Shown here: piece by piece, positions 50,524-62,742 of the stretch
Layout: every line of letters starts with the position of its first letter
Numbering within the stretch: the first letter of the stretch is position 1
IMG/VR virus record: IMGVR_UViG_3300028805_000116
Direction: 5' to 3' (one strand)
Source: a virus
DNA: 64,000 nt
Notes under the pieces: model-generated
Database searches by the model: none
What the model was told of the DNA's origin: nothing
Seen by the model: the letters and a program-made list of their open reading frames with translations, nothing else
Translations under genes and position numbers: made by a program

Positions 50524-51102
50524 CTATCAAAGGAATTCTGCCTCTCATCCTGTAAACCCATACGTCATTCAATAATTTCAAACCTGTCTTGAGTTGCTGT
50601 CATTATTATCTTCATAAAGATTTAAATCTAGTATTGAGGTAATATTATTATCGTGATAAACATATACAGGCGACTTACAATATTCATCACTATCTACCGC
50701 CTCAGAGAACCAATAGAAGAAATCTCTGTCTGGGTATCTTTCTCTCAAAGAATGATATCCTTGTTCTGCACTTCAGAAGACTATCTCTGTATTAGGATTA
50801 ACCCTAAAGATAGAGTATTCTTCTGTAGCCCATAGGGTATTTGTATTGGTTTCTAATATTAGCAGACTACATTCTACAGATTCTTTTATATCTTTCAAGT
50901 CTTTTGTTGCGTTATATAATATATCCTGTAAGAATTCCTGTAAGTCACAAGTATCATATATTTCTCCAGATGGGAGATTATGTTCTATCTGGTTAATAAA
51001 GTAATCTATATCTTTCGTACTTCAGCAAGAGGCAATAATTAAATGGACATTACCTCCATTAATTTCTCTTATCTTAGGACGGTAATAACTTACCGCAGAC
51101 AT
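50524..51102 (-). CDS. Hypothetical protein, ~192 aa (MSAVSYYRPKIREINGGNVHLIIASCGS...)
   Basis: Minus-strand ATG at 51100-51102, TAG at 50524-50526, frame consistent. Confidence 0.4.
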
Positions 51103-51188
51103 TAATTTTTGTCATACGGTAAGTCAATCATCTGTAAAGATACCCCATTTACCTCTAATCTGTTTTCCTCCGATTAAAGTCATAATTA

Positions 51189-51701
51189 GTTTTCTTTAGT
51201 AGGTAAAGTCCATCAAACATATTTACCAATTGTATCATATTCATTATCTTCTAGGAAGAAGCATCATCCTTGTTCTTCGTTAATTCTTTTGTCTTTAAAC
51301 TCATTTAATTCTTTATTGGCTTCATCTGTAACCTTTTGGTATTCAGCAGATAAGTCAGCCATTTCTTTATCTAATCAATTAAGTTGAGCTTCATCTTCAT
51401 CTGTCCAATTCTCTCCTTTAGCTTTCTTTTCTGATAACTTATTTCTTAATTCTCCTAAAGGTTGCATCTCTTCAGAAATTCTTTTCCATTCTGGTTCACA
51501 TTTTTCTTTTACAATTTCCTCTGCTTTTTTCTGAATTTCTCCTCAGATTTTTTGATATAATTCGGAATCATCTAATGCTTTAGCTGCTTTCTTAAATAAT
51601 TCTTTATCTAGGTTAAGTATATCTGTCCAGGTTGCTCAACCTATAGTTGAGTTTAACCATTGTTGTAAAAGTCTTCATTCTTTTACGCTAACTGATTTCA
51701 T
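51189..51701 (-). CDS. Coiled-coil hypothetical protein, ~170 aa
   Basis: ATG 51699-51701 (minus), TAA 51186-51188. Confidence 0.4.
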
Positions 51702-51758
51702 TTATTTTATTTTTATTAAACTAAATAATAAGCATATTGCTTTAAATCTTCGCCTTTA

Positions 51759-52493
51759 TGGTCGTGGTTTATATCATAACGAGCAGTATAATCTCATTCA
51801 ATTATAACCTTAGTCATATAGGCATTTTTTGCATAGCCCGCGTTTTCTATTTTTAATTCCTGTACCACAAACCTATTATCATCAGGAATTATTCACAAGT
51901 CTGTGAATGTATCAAATATAGATTGGGCTTGATTATCTATATCTGATTTAACTCTATCTCAAGCTACAGATATTATTGTTATCTTACAGGGAAAACTTTT
52001 AAAGTTCCACTCTACTCAAGATAACACGTTTACTATTCTCTTATGCCGTTCTGTATAAGTTTCACTTGGTAAAGAGATATGTCAAAAGTTTCTACGGTTA
52101 TTCTTTTTACTAGGTATAAATCCATAGAGAATAATTTCTATAGCCTCATCAGAGTTCTCAATAACTTCAGCATCTATACTATCTCGCTTCCGTCATTCAA
52201 ACTTTTTCTTAGGCATTAATTCAATATTGTAAACGTAAAACATTCTCTGAATATTTCCTTAGCCAATTAATAATAGATTGTAAATCAGCTATATCTACAT
52301 CAAGAATGTATCAATGAGAAAACTCTCATTCTGGAGTTTTAACGCTAACGTGGATTACTCAGTCTCAATCAGTATATAAATCAAAATATTTCCCTAATTG
52401 TTTTACAGGTTCTGATAAAGCATAGAATGCACAATTAAATTCATTCAGAAACTTCTGTAGTGTTTCAACTATCGCTTTGTCCTGTTTCTCCAT
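51759..52493 (-). CDS. Hypothetical protein, ~244 aa
   Basis: ATG 52491-52493 (minus), TAA 51756-51758. Confidence 0.35.
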
Positions 52494-52502
52494 TATGATT
52501 TA

Positions 52503-53588
52503 TTTAGTAATAAATATAATATCTGACAAACTATCTCGCTGTATAATTAAATCTCCTTCATTATAAGATTTCATATAGTTATCTACCGCTTCTTTTATAT
52601 ATCATAAATTGCTTTTTACTTTATTATGATTCCCATCAGAAGAATAACATACTATAAATATCTTATTCCCATTATGAAGTCTTCTCTCTTGAGAACAATT
52701 ACTATATAACCAATCAATTAATTCAGTTTTATGCTCTGTAGCGTAGTCTATATCCTTTCCAAATCATTTAGGGAAGACCGACATTTTTAAATCGAATGGT
52801 ATAGAATTAATATAGAAGTCTATTTCTCTACTACGCTGGTTAGGTTCATCTTCTACTATATCATATTTTAAGAATTGTTCTTCTGCAAAGTTAGATATCT
52901 GTAGATTAAATCGTCTATTTAAAGCATATCTAAATACTTTATCATAATCTAGATTTTTACTTTCACAAGTTTCTTTTGTTTTTTCTTCTAACTCATTATA
53001 AGATTGTACCTTATAAATATAATCTGTACAGTAATCAAAGCGGTCGTTTTGCTTATTCCCCCGACTTTGTAGATTAACTAGAGCTTTATTTAATTCTTCT
53101 TGTAATTGTTCCATATTTTATTTTTGTTTGTAAAGGGCTTTTTATTCTCGAGAGGTTTTCTTCTTTCTTCCTCTCTTTTTCTTTCATTTTATAGGTTCGT
53201 TATCTTTGATTGTTTCAATTGTTTCAAAGATAGTTTCTTGTTTCTTTTCTTTATCTGTCACAAGTTCTGTAACGTTTATTTCCAGAGCTACAATCTTTCA
53301 TTGAATTATGGCATCATTAATAGCTGATGTTTCCTTATAAGTAAAGGCATAATCCTTAAATATATTTGTAGCATCTTCTGGGGTAATTATTATATAGTTA
53401 TTATTATAAGGTAGTTGTACCTCATTTCAAAGGAAAAATGAAAAGTCTTTTATCTCTCTAGAAATTGTTATTGGTATAACTTCTTTCTTCTCATTTACCT
53501 TATCTATTAAATAATTTATTGCATCTACTAATGCGTTATAGTCTCCTATACCAGGGGACCTTCTAATATAATCAACCTTATGTATCAT
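52503..53588 (-). CDS. Hypothetical protein, ~361 aa, with a C-terminal PD-(D/E)XK-like motif (EIDFYI...FDLK). Track ORF 52764-53114 is its interior.
   Basis: Same frame from ATG 53586-53588 through internal Met 53114 to TAA 52500-52502. Confidence 0.35.
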
Positions 53589-53596
53589 CCCCATTA

Positions 53597-54166
53597 TCAT
53601 CTAGGCAAACTAAAATCAACTGCTAGAGCGTCTGTTCATCTAACTCTAGGCTTAGGCTTTGGAGTGGGGGCTTGGGTCCCCAAGTACTCGGGCTCCGAAA
53701 TTTTGGCTGGCATTTCGGGTTTCGCTACTAAATTAACCTTTTTCTCAGCCATAGTCTTTTTATAGGTTTCTATCTCCTTATCCAAGGAGTCATTTTCATT
53801 TTTAATTCTTTCTAGAGTTTCTCTCTTAGCTTTATTCGATTCAAGGTATTCCTTTATTAAGGTCTTACTTTCTTTAGCAATAACCTTAAAAGGCTCGTCT
53901 AATGACGAGATTGTCTGTGTATATAAATCCATAACTACTGTTGCTAATTGGAACTTGTCCAATCCTACTTTGTGAGTTTCTAGATATTCCTCACATACTT
54001 CAATTAGCTTTGCATTTATATCGTCAAGCATAGCGTCAGCATCTGCTTTATTATGCTTAACAATCACTTCCAATCATACCTTCTCTAAAGAGAACTCTAG
54101 TATTCATTGGTACACAGTTATAAATTGGCTCAACACTTTGCGTGTTGCTTTAGCTGTTGTCTGCAT
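53597..54166 (-). CDS. Hypothetical protein, ~189 aa. Pro/Lys-rich C-terminus.
   Basis: ATG 54164-54166 (minus) upstream of the track ORF. TAA 53594-53596. Confidence 0.4.
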
Positions 54167-54710
54167 CGTCTAAATCATTTTCCGTTATAAATCTTCTTAT
54201 TTTTAAAGCTATCGTTTCCACAATGCTTTTTACATTATAATATGAAGTTTTCATTATCCTAGCAATCTCATACTTTCATCTACCCTGCCCAAGGTATTGA
54301 AGTATTTGACTTTCTAGTGGGGTAATAATGTTATTTGCTACTAGAACATAGTCTAGTATATCAATATCCATATCATAACTTCGGTGTTCACTATCTCTAA
54401 TATCATCAATAGTATAACTCTCAAGTCAATACTGATTAATCTTATTGTAGAGATAACCACCTCATCTATTAAATAGATACCATAACTTAGAGATTTTCTT
54501 CTCTTCAGGTAAGTCCTCTCTAAGTATGATATTATCAGCTAAGAGAAATGCCTCTGAAAGAATATCTTCTTTTGTGTAAGTGTTATTCTTTATTCTTAAT
54601 AATGGGTTCTTTCTCATCAAAAGAGACATATTGTCGTAGAGAAATATTCTCCCATCATCTATATTTTTAGAATATTCACTTAGCACACGTTCGTAAATAT
54701 TCTTTGGCAT
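54153..54710 (-). CDS. ECF-like sigma factor / LuxR-type HTH regulator, ~185 aa. Region-2-like EDILSEAFLLADNIIL...KLWYLFNR. Region-4-like HTH TPLESQILQYLGQGRGKYEIARIMKTSYYNVKSIVETIALKI.
   Basis: Track ORF 54462-54710 extended through TGA to TAA 54150-54152. Confidence 0.5.
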
Positions 54711-55182
54711 TTTGTTTTTATTCTGGTAAAGCTAACTCATCCTCTAAACAACGAGCACAAGTCACTAAGGTTTTTATTCATAGGAATTTGCTTACACATT
54801 CATACATATATTGGTAAGCTGTTTCTGCTAAATGGATATAATCTAAGTCATCCATTTTTGTATTTAATAATTCTTGACTAAATTGATATGAAGCTATAGC
54901 GTGCTTAACCAAGCATCGCATATGGTCATCACATTCAATAGCCATTTCTTTTAGTTTTCTCATAGCTAACCTTCTCTCTTCCAAGAGGCTTTCCATTTTC
55001 GTCTCGTGCCATATACTTTGCTCTTCCAAATCAGCAGCTTCATCTTCTGAGAAGATTTTTCTGTTGTTTAAGTCTACTTGTAGAGAATTGTATAGTTCAT
55101 TATGATGAGAATAGCTAGCAATAAGATTAGCTATAAGTTCTATCAGCTCTGTAGCTGCTCAACGTTGACTATCTTTATTCAT
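54682..55182 (-). CDS. Hypothetical Cys/His-rich protein, ~166 aa, overlapping the sigma-factor gene start. Speculative anti-sigma/zinc-binding.
   Basis: ATG 55180-55182 to TAA 54679-54681. Confidence 0.35.
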
Positions 55183-55186
55183 TTTA

Positions 55187-55933
55187 CATTCTATCTAAAC
55201 TGTTTTCAGTTGTCTCTATTTCTCCCTTATGCACTCAGAGAAGATACTCATAAAGCTTTTGCTTTACGAACTCCTCAGCTTCTTCTCTAGTAACAAAATG
55301 GGTAATATTCTGATGCTGTATCGTCTTCTGCTTTGTAAAGATAAGATAACTAAAAGCTAACGTATCCACGTCTGGATGAGCAAGGAATTGAAACCAAGGA
55401 TAAAATCTACCTTGAAAACATTCAAAATCCCATTTTTCTTTCTCATTCCATTTTTTCTTAGCCGTCTTGCAATCAAACAAAGCGACACCATCCATTCCCC
55501 AATCTATTTCACCAGTTAAAATAACCTTATACCCAGAGAAATCTACTTCTACTGCGCTCCTTAAATTTCTAATATCATACATACCAAGAGCTTCGTATTG
55601 TTTTGATAAAGGAATTAATTGGTCAAGTCCATCATAAAGCCGCTGGAATTGATTATCAAGGACTCAACTAGGAGAGTAGTACTTCATCCTTTCAGGATTC
55701 ATCATCCTTCTACAGATTTCGATTTCCTTACGAGCAAAGTCTTCTCATTGATTAATATTGGCGAAGATTATATTTTCTATTAAGTTTCAAACCCAGTAGG
55801 TATTAGCCTTTTTCTTAGGTGGTAATTCTGTGACAAATGAAGGCTTAGGAGTAAGAGCCTTCTCGATTTCCGTAACGGATACAATAATAGTTTTATAATC
55901 TTCTTTGAGTGGTGCGAATTCGTGGTATAGCAT
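55187..55933 (-). CDS. YqaJ/lambda-exonuclease-like PD-(D/E)XK nuclease, ~248 aa (...TGEIDWGMDGVALFDCKTAKK...)
   Basis: ATG 55931-55933 to TAA 55184-55186. Contains track ORF 55235-55582. Confidence 0.4.
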
Positions 55934-56798
55934 CTTCGGTATAGAATATTAACTAAATTAGAAAGGAAGCTCATCTACAGGTGGAACTTCTTTTGTAGCA
56001 GGTTCTTCTCAAGCTGATTGCTTAGAAGAGGCTTCGTGATATTCTCTTAATTCCTGCATATGTTTATTTCTCCATTCCCTATCTTCTTCAGACATATCAT
56101 CACCTATCTTAAATGTAGGAACTGAATAATCTGTACTTCCTGTAGATAATTCTTTTTCATCTCAGAAAGATATTTTCTTACTAAGGAAAGCAAATGCTTT
56201 ATCGTCTTTGAAAGTTTCTCACCATTCTCAAGATGCAGAACTTTTAAGACAGATAGTAAAGATTTCTTCAGGATTTTTTACATCAAAACAATGTAAGTTT
56301 CTAAATAGTTTTAACCCAACTCAAGTTACTTCTGGTTTAATATCTTTCCATAAACCTTTATACAATACTTCATTTCAAGATAATACTGTAATAGGTTCAG
56401 AGAAATCATAAATTTCTGGCCCCCAAACTCAACCTTTAGTTTGGAGATAACCTTTTACATTCCAGCTCTCAGAAATAACTACAAACTCTTTAGGCATATC
56501 TTTAAGAGCAAAAGTTTTTTCAACTCAAGCATCTCTGTCCCATACCTTAAAGCATCCATCTTCAATTTTTTCTTTATTAGCTTTTCATTTAGCATCTTTT
56601 ACTAAACCAAACTTAGCACTTTTCCAATCATACCAACCTGTTGTTGGATGTTTCATTCAGCTAGTAGCTGAACCTTTTTTCTCGATGTCGTCAAAAAACA
56701 TTTTTTATAATAATATAATATAAAGATACTCTTAAAGAGGATAACCTCTTAAAGACAAAACCTTTATAAGGATTTAAAATCCTTTGTCAAGAGAATTT

Positions 56799-56990
56799 TT
56801 ATTTAGTTATGTAATATAAGTTTCTTAGAGTTAAGAACCCTGATTTCTCATCAGGAGAAAAACAGATAGCATCTATTTCACAACCCACTTCTTCATTAAG
56901 TAATAAGATTGTAGCCTTTAATGGGGCTGGCAAATCTTGTTCTAGAATAAAAGTAATTAGACTTTTTGGTAGTAATATAGTCCCATCCAT
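56799..56990 (-). CDS. Small hypothetical protein, 63 aa
   Basis: Track ORF with a genuine TAA. Confidence 0.3.
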   Translation of the reverse strand: MDGTILLPKSLITFILEQDLPAPLKATILLLNEEVGCEIDAICFSPDEKSGFLTLRNLYYITK

Positions 56991-59361
56991 AACGTCTATC
57001 TTTTCTTTGGTGATGATTTTAATAGTTCAGTGATTATATACTACAGTATAACCACCTACACTTTTATATGGATTCATTTCTTTTATTTTCTTAATGTAAA
57101 AGTTTTTGTTTTGCTATAGATATAAAGTCTGCATATCTTACCCTATCATAAATTCTCTCTCCTATTAGTCTGAATCTAATCGTGTAGGGATAACTTTTCC
57201 CCATATGGCAAAGGAGCCATCGGCCCTTCAGACCTAAAAGGAATTCAATTTCACTAGAGAAATCTGCATTGACTTCATCTGTTCGTTCTAATCATTCAGC
57301 CTTAGCTTGCTGTTTAAGTTCAGCAATAGCTTCAGATAAAGTTAAGTTCTTACCTTTAGTTTTCATCTACATAACTTTTTTTATAAATTCTCTTGACTTA
57401 GAGTTATAAATGATTAATATAGACTCCGCTGTCAATACAAAGCTAATTGACATTTTCTATTTTTCTACTCAATTAGCGTGTCCGTTGTATCGGCAGATTC
57501 TAAATCATTTTTTCTTGTGAATCTTTAATGAGATTCAAACACTTCTAAACTTTGGGGTAAAGGATACAGAAGTGATAATGTGGTGAGCGTTTGTTTCAAC
57601 TAACAACCATTCACCATTTCAATCAGCAAATAGATAACTCCAGGATTTACTCTCACCTGGGGTTACTATCATTTGCTCTACAAGTTCGTTACCTATTCTA
57701 TCACGAACCCATTTTAAAGGATAATAACTATTCATATTTTAACATATAGGAATAAAACAATCTTTGGACTTTAAATAAAAGCCCCAAGGCAGAGTAAACC
57801 TATTAGTATTATGTTCAACCCATAGATATCATTCTATAAGTCAGACTACTTCTACATAATAGCTTACTCCTCCTTGAGGCATTTTTATTATATCCCCTTT
57901 TTTTAAGAGAATATGTGGGATTACTCTCATTTTTTGTTTTTGTTTTTGCTGGCTAAATAATTACAACACATTTAAAATAAAGTTATAGTTTTAATTTGCA
58001 AGTCTTTTTTAAAGAGGTATAGTCATCCACTTGAACTAATCTAGCTCAAGTTTTTTTATAGCTGAGTTATAGTTCTTCACCCAGTGAGAACATTCACTAG
58101 CACAATATTTTCCCCTGAGCCAATCGTTTCAAGTGACTCTAGTCTCCCGACCATTCCTAACGTACATCGCAACCCATTCTTTTATGGATTCTTCAACGCT
58201 TGAGAATTTCTTTTTCTTTCAGTTATACATCCATCAAAATCAATTATTGCTTGGATACATAGCCTGTTTAAACATACCCGACTCAGCATTGCTGACTCAA
58301 ATTACATTTTTAATACATTGCTTATAGTTATCAGTCTGCGTAGCACACTCGTGAACTATAGCATAACTAATAGATTCATTCCCAACTAATGAATTTACCT
58401 TTTCGACAAGCTTCTGTTCTGTCATTTCTCGGGTGTAGATGATAGTTTCTTCTACAGTTGTAGCTCAAGTTAAGACATCACCTGTAAGTGAAGTAGCTTG
58501 TTCAATAATTAAATCCTCACCGTGTCATAGGTTAAATCAAAATATAAATACTAAGATTGTAACCATAACTATAATAAGGATTTTTAGTCGCTTAGTTGTC
58601 ATACTTTGGTTTAAGATTTAAATCTTCCCAACCTATATTTCTATAGAGAAGGTGCAGACTATACCTCTTGCCCTCTTTAGAATAGTTCCAGACCGTAGTC
58701 CGAGCTGTGCGAACACCTATTCTTGGCTGAGGCTTCCACCTCTCCAAACATTATTTCTTTTGCACATATCTTGATAACGGCATAACGCTTCAAATAAACA
58801 TTTTCTACAGCTTTCAATTTCAATTCATTTCTCGCAAACTCTTTTCTTCTCTTCTACTTTTTCTTTGCTGTAGAAGTGTTCCTTTATAATTTCTTCTCAT
58901 CTCGACATATAATCTATTGTAAAGAAATAAAATCCCCATATATAGATTATATATTTAAGATAAATTTTAATAACCTATTCCTTATCAAAAGGTACTTCTA
59001 ATTGGTTTTCATCTTTCTTTCTATCTTCACCTTTATAATGAGCAATTAAAGCTCTAGCTAATTCCATAGCCCTTTCTTCATTTCAAGGTATCCCAGCTAT
59101 CTCATTTAATTCTTGAGCGGCTTTTTCTAATTCGTACTTATTCATTAATCTGTATATTGCATAATGTTAAAAAGTCTATTAGGTAACTCTTCATCGTGTT
59201 TATGTTGCCTAAGTTTTTTAATTATCTTCTTATATTGATATGGGCGGAGACTTCCATAATAGGAAGACTTCTTATTATTTTTCCATTTTCAATATTTATC
59301 TTTTCGCACGTGACGACAATATGAGCAATGACAGCAACCAAAGCCCATACTGATAAAATTA

Positions 59362-59742
59362 TTAGAATACATTGAACGCATTTAATGTTAAAACAATATT
59401 CCATATTAATACAATAATAGATACCAAAAACAAACGAATATCTTGTGTATCGGTATCATTTTCTAACCTTCTAATTCTATCTTGGTGGATTTGTAAGATT
59501 TCTGAGGTATTCTTAGCTACCTCAGAAGCTATATCCATAACATCCACAAGATGATTTACATTTTCATATAACTCATCTTGGTTTTCATCTAGCTCCATTA
59601 TATCCTTTGCTAGAAAGGTGATTTGTTCCTGAAGAAACTGCATTTCTCCATCGTGTAATTCTTCTACTGAATTACACTTTGTAACCTTTGGGTTTTTCAT
59701 AATTATATATATTATTAATTTAAAACACAATAAACACATCAA
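59362..59742 (-). CDS. Membrane-anchored coiled-coil protein, ~110-126 aa
   Basis: Track ORF with a genuine TAA. N-terminal start is ambiguous. Confidence 0.35.
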   Translation of the reverse strand: MMCLLCFKLIIYIIMKNPKVTKCNSVEELHDGEMQFLQEQITFLAKDIMELDENQDELYENVNHLVDVMDIASEVAKNTSEILQIHQDRIRRLENDTDTQDIRLFLVSIIVLIWNIVLTLNAFNVF

Positions 59743-60320
59743 CTACGTAACTCTCAATTCCTTTTCTTTTCTTCATATTCTTCATCAGATAAATATTCCA
59801 TTTGAGGTTCATATCTACTTGTCACTCGTACCTCTCCACGAGAAGGAGCGTTCCAAGTAAGTTCTGTTGGTGTAGCTCAAGACATAATATGAACCTGCCC
59901 ATTCTGAACATTATAAGTATTAATTATTGGGGGGATTGGGAATGTAAACTGCTCAGCCATCATACCATCTTCTCAAATTATATCCCCTGACTGATTATAC
60001 TTTAAATAATATTCTCTTAGCATATCATTTACCTCTATAGATATTATTTTATACATTCTCTTAGCTTCTTCAAAATCAGCAATTCACCTTACCCATTCCC
60101 ATAATTCATCTATAAATCTAGGTAGGCCAATAGAAGATAGTCAACATCTTACTATACATTTCATACTAGGTTTTTCATACCATACTTCTATAGTAAGTTT
60201 TCATCTCATATATTTTCTCTCTATTACGGGGTATTTCATTTTATTTTTATTAAGATATAAATCTTGTCTCAACAAACCACCACGCTAATAGGATAACTAT
60301 TTCTATCCCTATAGTTATTA

Positions 60321-60551
60321 TTAATCCTTTCCACGGTTGTTCCATCGTTTAATTATTTTCTCAAGTAAAATAGTTATCTTGTCCCCTATTAGACAGGGAA
60401 GACAGAGGTGAATAACCCAACTGTCTTCGTGTGTCCAATATTGTTTACAATGTCTGTTGCAATACATACAACTCTCTTCACTAATAGCTTCATAATCTTC
60501 CATTGTCTCTTCCAATAATTCACTAGCATTACTATCCAATGTAGCATCCAT
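60321..60551 (-). CDS. Cys-rich Zn-finger-like small protein, 76 aa
   Basis: Track ORF with a genuine TAA. Confidence 0.35.
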   Translation of the reverse strand: MDATLDSNASELLEETMEDYEAISEESCMYCNRHCKQYWTHEDSWVIHLCLPCLIGDKITILLEKIIKRWNNRGKD

Positions 60552-60876
60552 CCTTCAATATTTTTCTTTCAAGTCTACCGTCCCCCAATTTATTTCTGCT
60601 AGCTCCTTCATTGTGTTATATCGATAATCGTACCATTTAGCTTTCTTATCTACACTAGGAGTGAATGGTTTAAATCGTCTCATTATCCTTTTACTAACTC
60701 AATAAAATCATCTAACTCTTTATCAATCATTCATCTTATGATATTCTTCAATTCCTCATATTGAGTGATTTCTGGATTATCAAAAGATGGTTCTCATAGG
60801 TGGTCTAGATTAGCATAGGAATCAACCACATCCATTATTTCATTAGCTAATTTTTCTGCTATACTTATCATTTTTA

Positions 60877-61656
60877 TTGCATCATCATTATAAATGAACT
60901 ATCTTCTCAGGCCATAGTTACAGGTAATTTACCATCCCATCTTTCAATCCATTTTAATTTTACATATTCAGCACCTCATTGGTTTTGAATAGCTTTAGCT
61001 TGGATTTCAATAGCCTTAGCTTGCGCCTCAGCTGCGACAACCTTTTGGTCAGCTTCATACTTTACTTTCTCTAGCTTATTCTTTTCGGCAAGAGCATTCT
61101 GTTCAGCGGTAACCTTAGCCTCAATTGCATCGTTGAATGATTTACTAAAGTTAAAGTTTACAATATTGAATAACTGAATTTGGACTCCGTATGGTTCAAG
61201 CCTTTTGTTCAATGTTTCTTCAATGTTTTTAGATACATCACTTCTTTCAGTAATCAATTGCTCTGCTGAATATTTAGCGACTACTGCTTTAAATACTTCT
61301 TGAATAGCAGGAGTAATAATCTTTTCAGCTACTTTTTCTTCTTTACCTACATTCTTGTATAGGTTTACTACTTCGCTTTCCTTGTACTTGTAGTTCACTA
61401 CTATTGTGGCACCTACACTCTGCAAGTCTTTTGAACTAGCATCAGCTGTAGCATCTAATTTTTGCGTCTGTACATTATATTTTACAGACTTAGTAATGAA
61501 TGGAGTTTTAAAATGTAATCCATCCGTGTAAACAGTACTGTTAACTTTTCCTAGTGTAACAGTAAATCAGTTGTATCCAGGTTCAACTACAAACCAAGAG
61601 TTAAAACCACAGATTACTAACAAGAGTATGACAATACTCCAAACAAATTTTTTCAT
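60877..61656 (-). CDS. SPFH/band-7 (prohibitin/stomatin-like) membrane protein, ~259 aa. N-terminal TM helix MKKFVWSIVILLLVICGF. SPFH core includes ...ITPAIQEVFKAVVAKYSAEQLITERSDV...AEAQAKAIEIQAKA...
   Basis: Track ORF 60976-61425 extended upstream to ATG 61654-61656 and downstream through TGA to TAA 60874-60876. No TAA/TAG in frame. Confidence 0.5.
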
Positions 61657-62246
61657 AATGTATATTGGTAAAAATATAAAAACTAATATTTAGGATGAGG
61701 CAATTTCCTTATCCAGCTTTTAAGCCAATCGCTTATCCATTCACTAAATTCCATATCTGAAGCAAGGTCAATCACAACAAATAAAAAGAGTAATCAAACA
61801 ATTATAAGTCCTATCATAGGTCCAGTTCAACAGTCTTCACACATAGTAATATAATTAAGAAATAAAATTATTCTTTATCTAATTTTTTATGTAGCCATTC
61901 TTTAGCTCTATCCTGTATGATTTCTGATAATTCCCCACCAAAAAGTCACAAATCAACTATTATAAATATCACAGAGAGAAATCCTCCAATAAGGATTATT
62001 GCTACTACAGTAAGAAAAGTTCAAAGTATTAGTCACATAGTAATATAATTAAGAAATAAAATTAATTTTCTTTTGGCTTACGTTCATCTAACCAATGCTT
62101 AGTCCAAGCCTTTAGATAATCTGAAAGGGCTCAACCTAATAACATATCATCTACAACTCCTGCTAATAATAATGTTAGGAGTAGTATTATAGGTAGCATA
62201 AATATAACGAATATCATTTGTATATAATAATAATATAAAAGTCTGA

Positions 62247-62519
62247 TTACTCTCACTCTTTAATTTCTTTCCTCATTTGATTTTTAACTTCATCATACCA
62301 TTTAGAATAATTCCATTCTTTATATAGTGCCATTTGATTAGAAGTTGGCGATAGTAAATAAATCTCTGCTAATCTTAACATAAGTTTATCTTTCAGCTTT
62401 TTATTTTCTTCTTCTAGCATATCTATATACTTATTCATCTTGTCCAAAAACTTTTTATCTTTTTCATCTTCACAGATAAATGAATATCTTGTTTTAGTCC
62501 AATTACTTTCTACTTTCAT
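62247..62519 (-). CDS. Small hypothetical protein, 90 aa
   Basis: Track ORF 62253-62519 extended by two codons through TGA to TAA 62247-62249. Confidence 0.4.
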
Positions 62520-62549
62520 TTTTAAAAGTAAATAATATAAAAGTCTGAT

Positions 62550-62742
62550 TTAGTCTGCATTTAGAATTACAACATCTTTTAATGCACCTCAATTTTCCAT
62601 ATCATTTACTCGGTTCTCTTCTACACTTTCTAATGTGGTAGCCTCATACTCACTCTTAAAACTACCATTTTCTCGGTATATCCATACCTCTTTATCTTGT
62701 GGCATTTTCTGTAATTTTTCTATAAGTTCTTTTACTGTCATT
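62550..62742 (-). pseudogene. Small gene MTVKELIEKLQKMP|QDKEVWIYRENGSF... disrupted by a 1-nt frameshift near 62697-62703
   Basis: The N-terminal 16 codons are in one frame and end at TAA 62692-62694. The rest continues seamlessly in the -1 frame to TAA 62550-62552. Confidence 0.35.
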
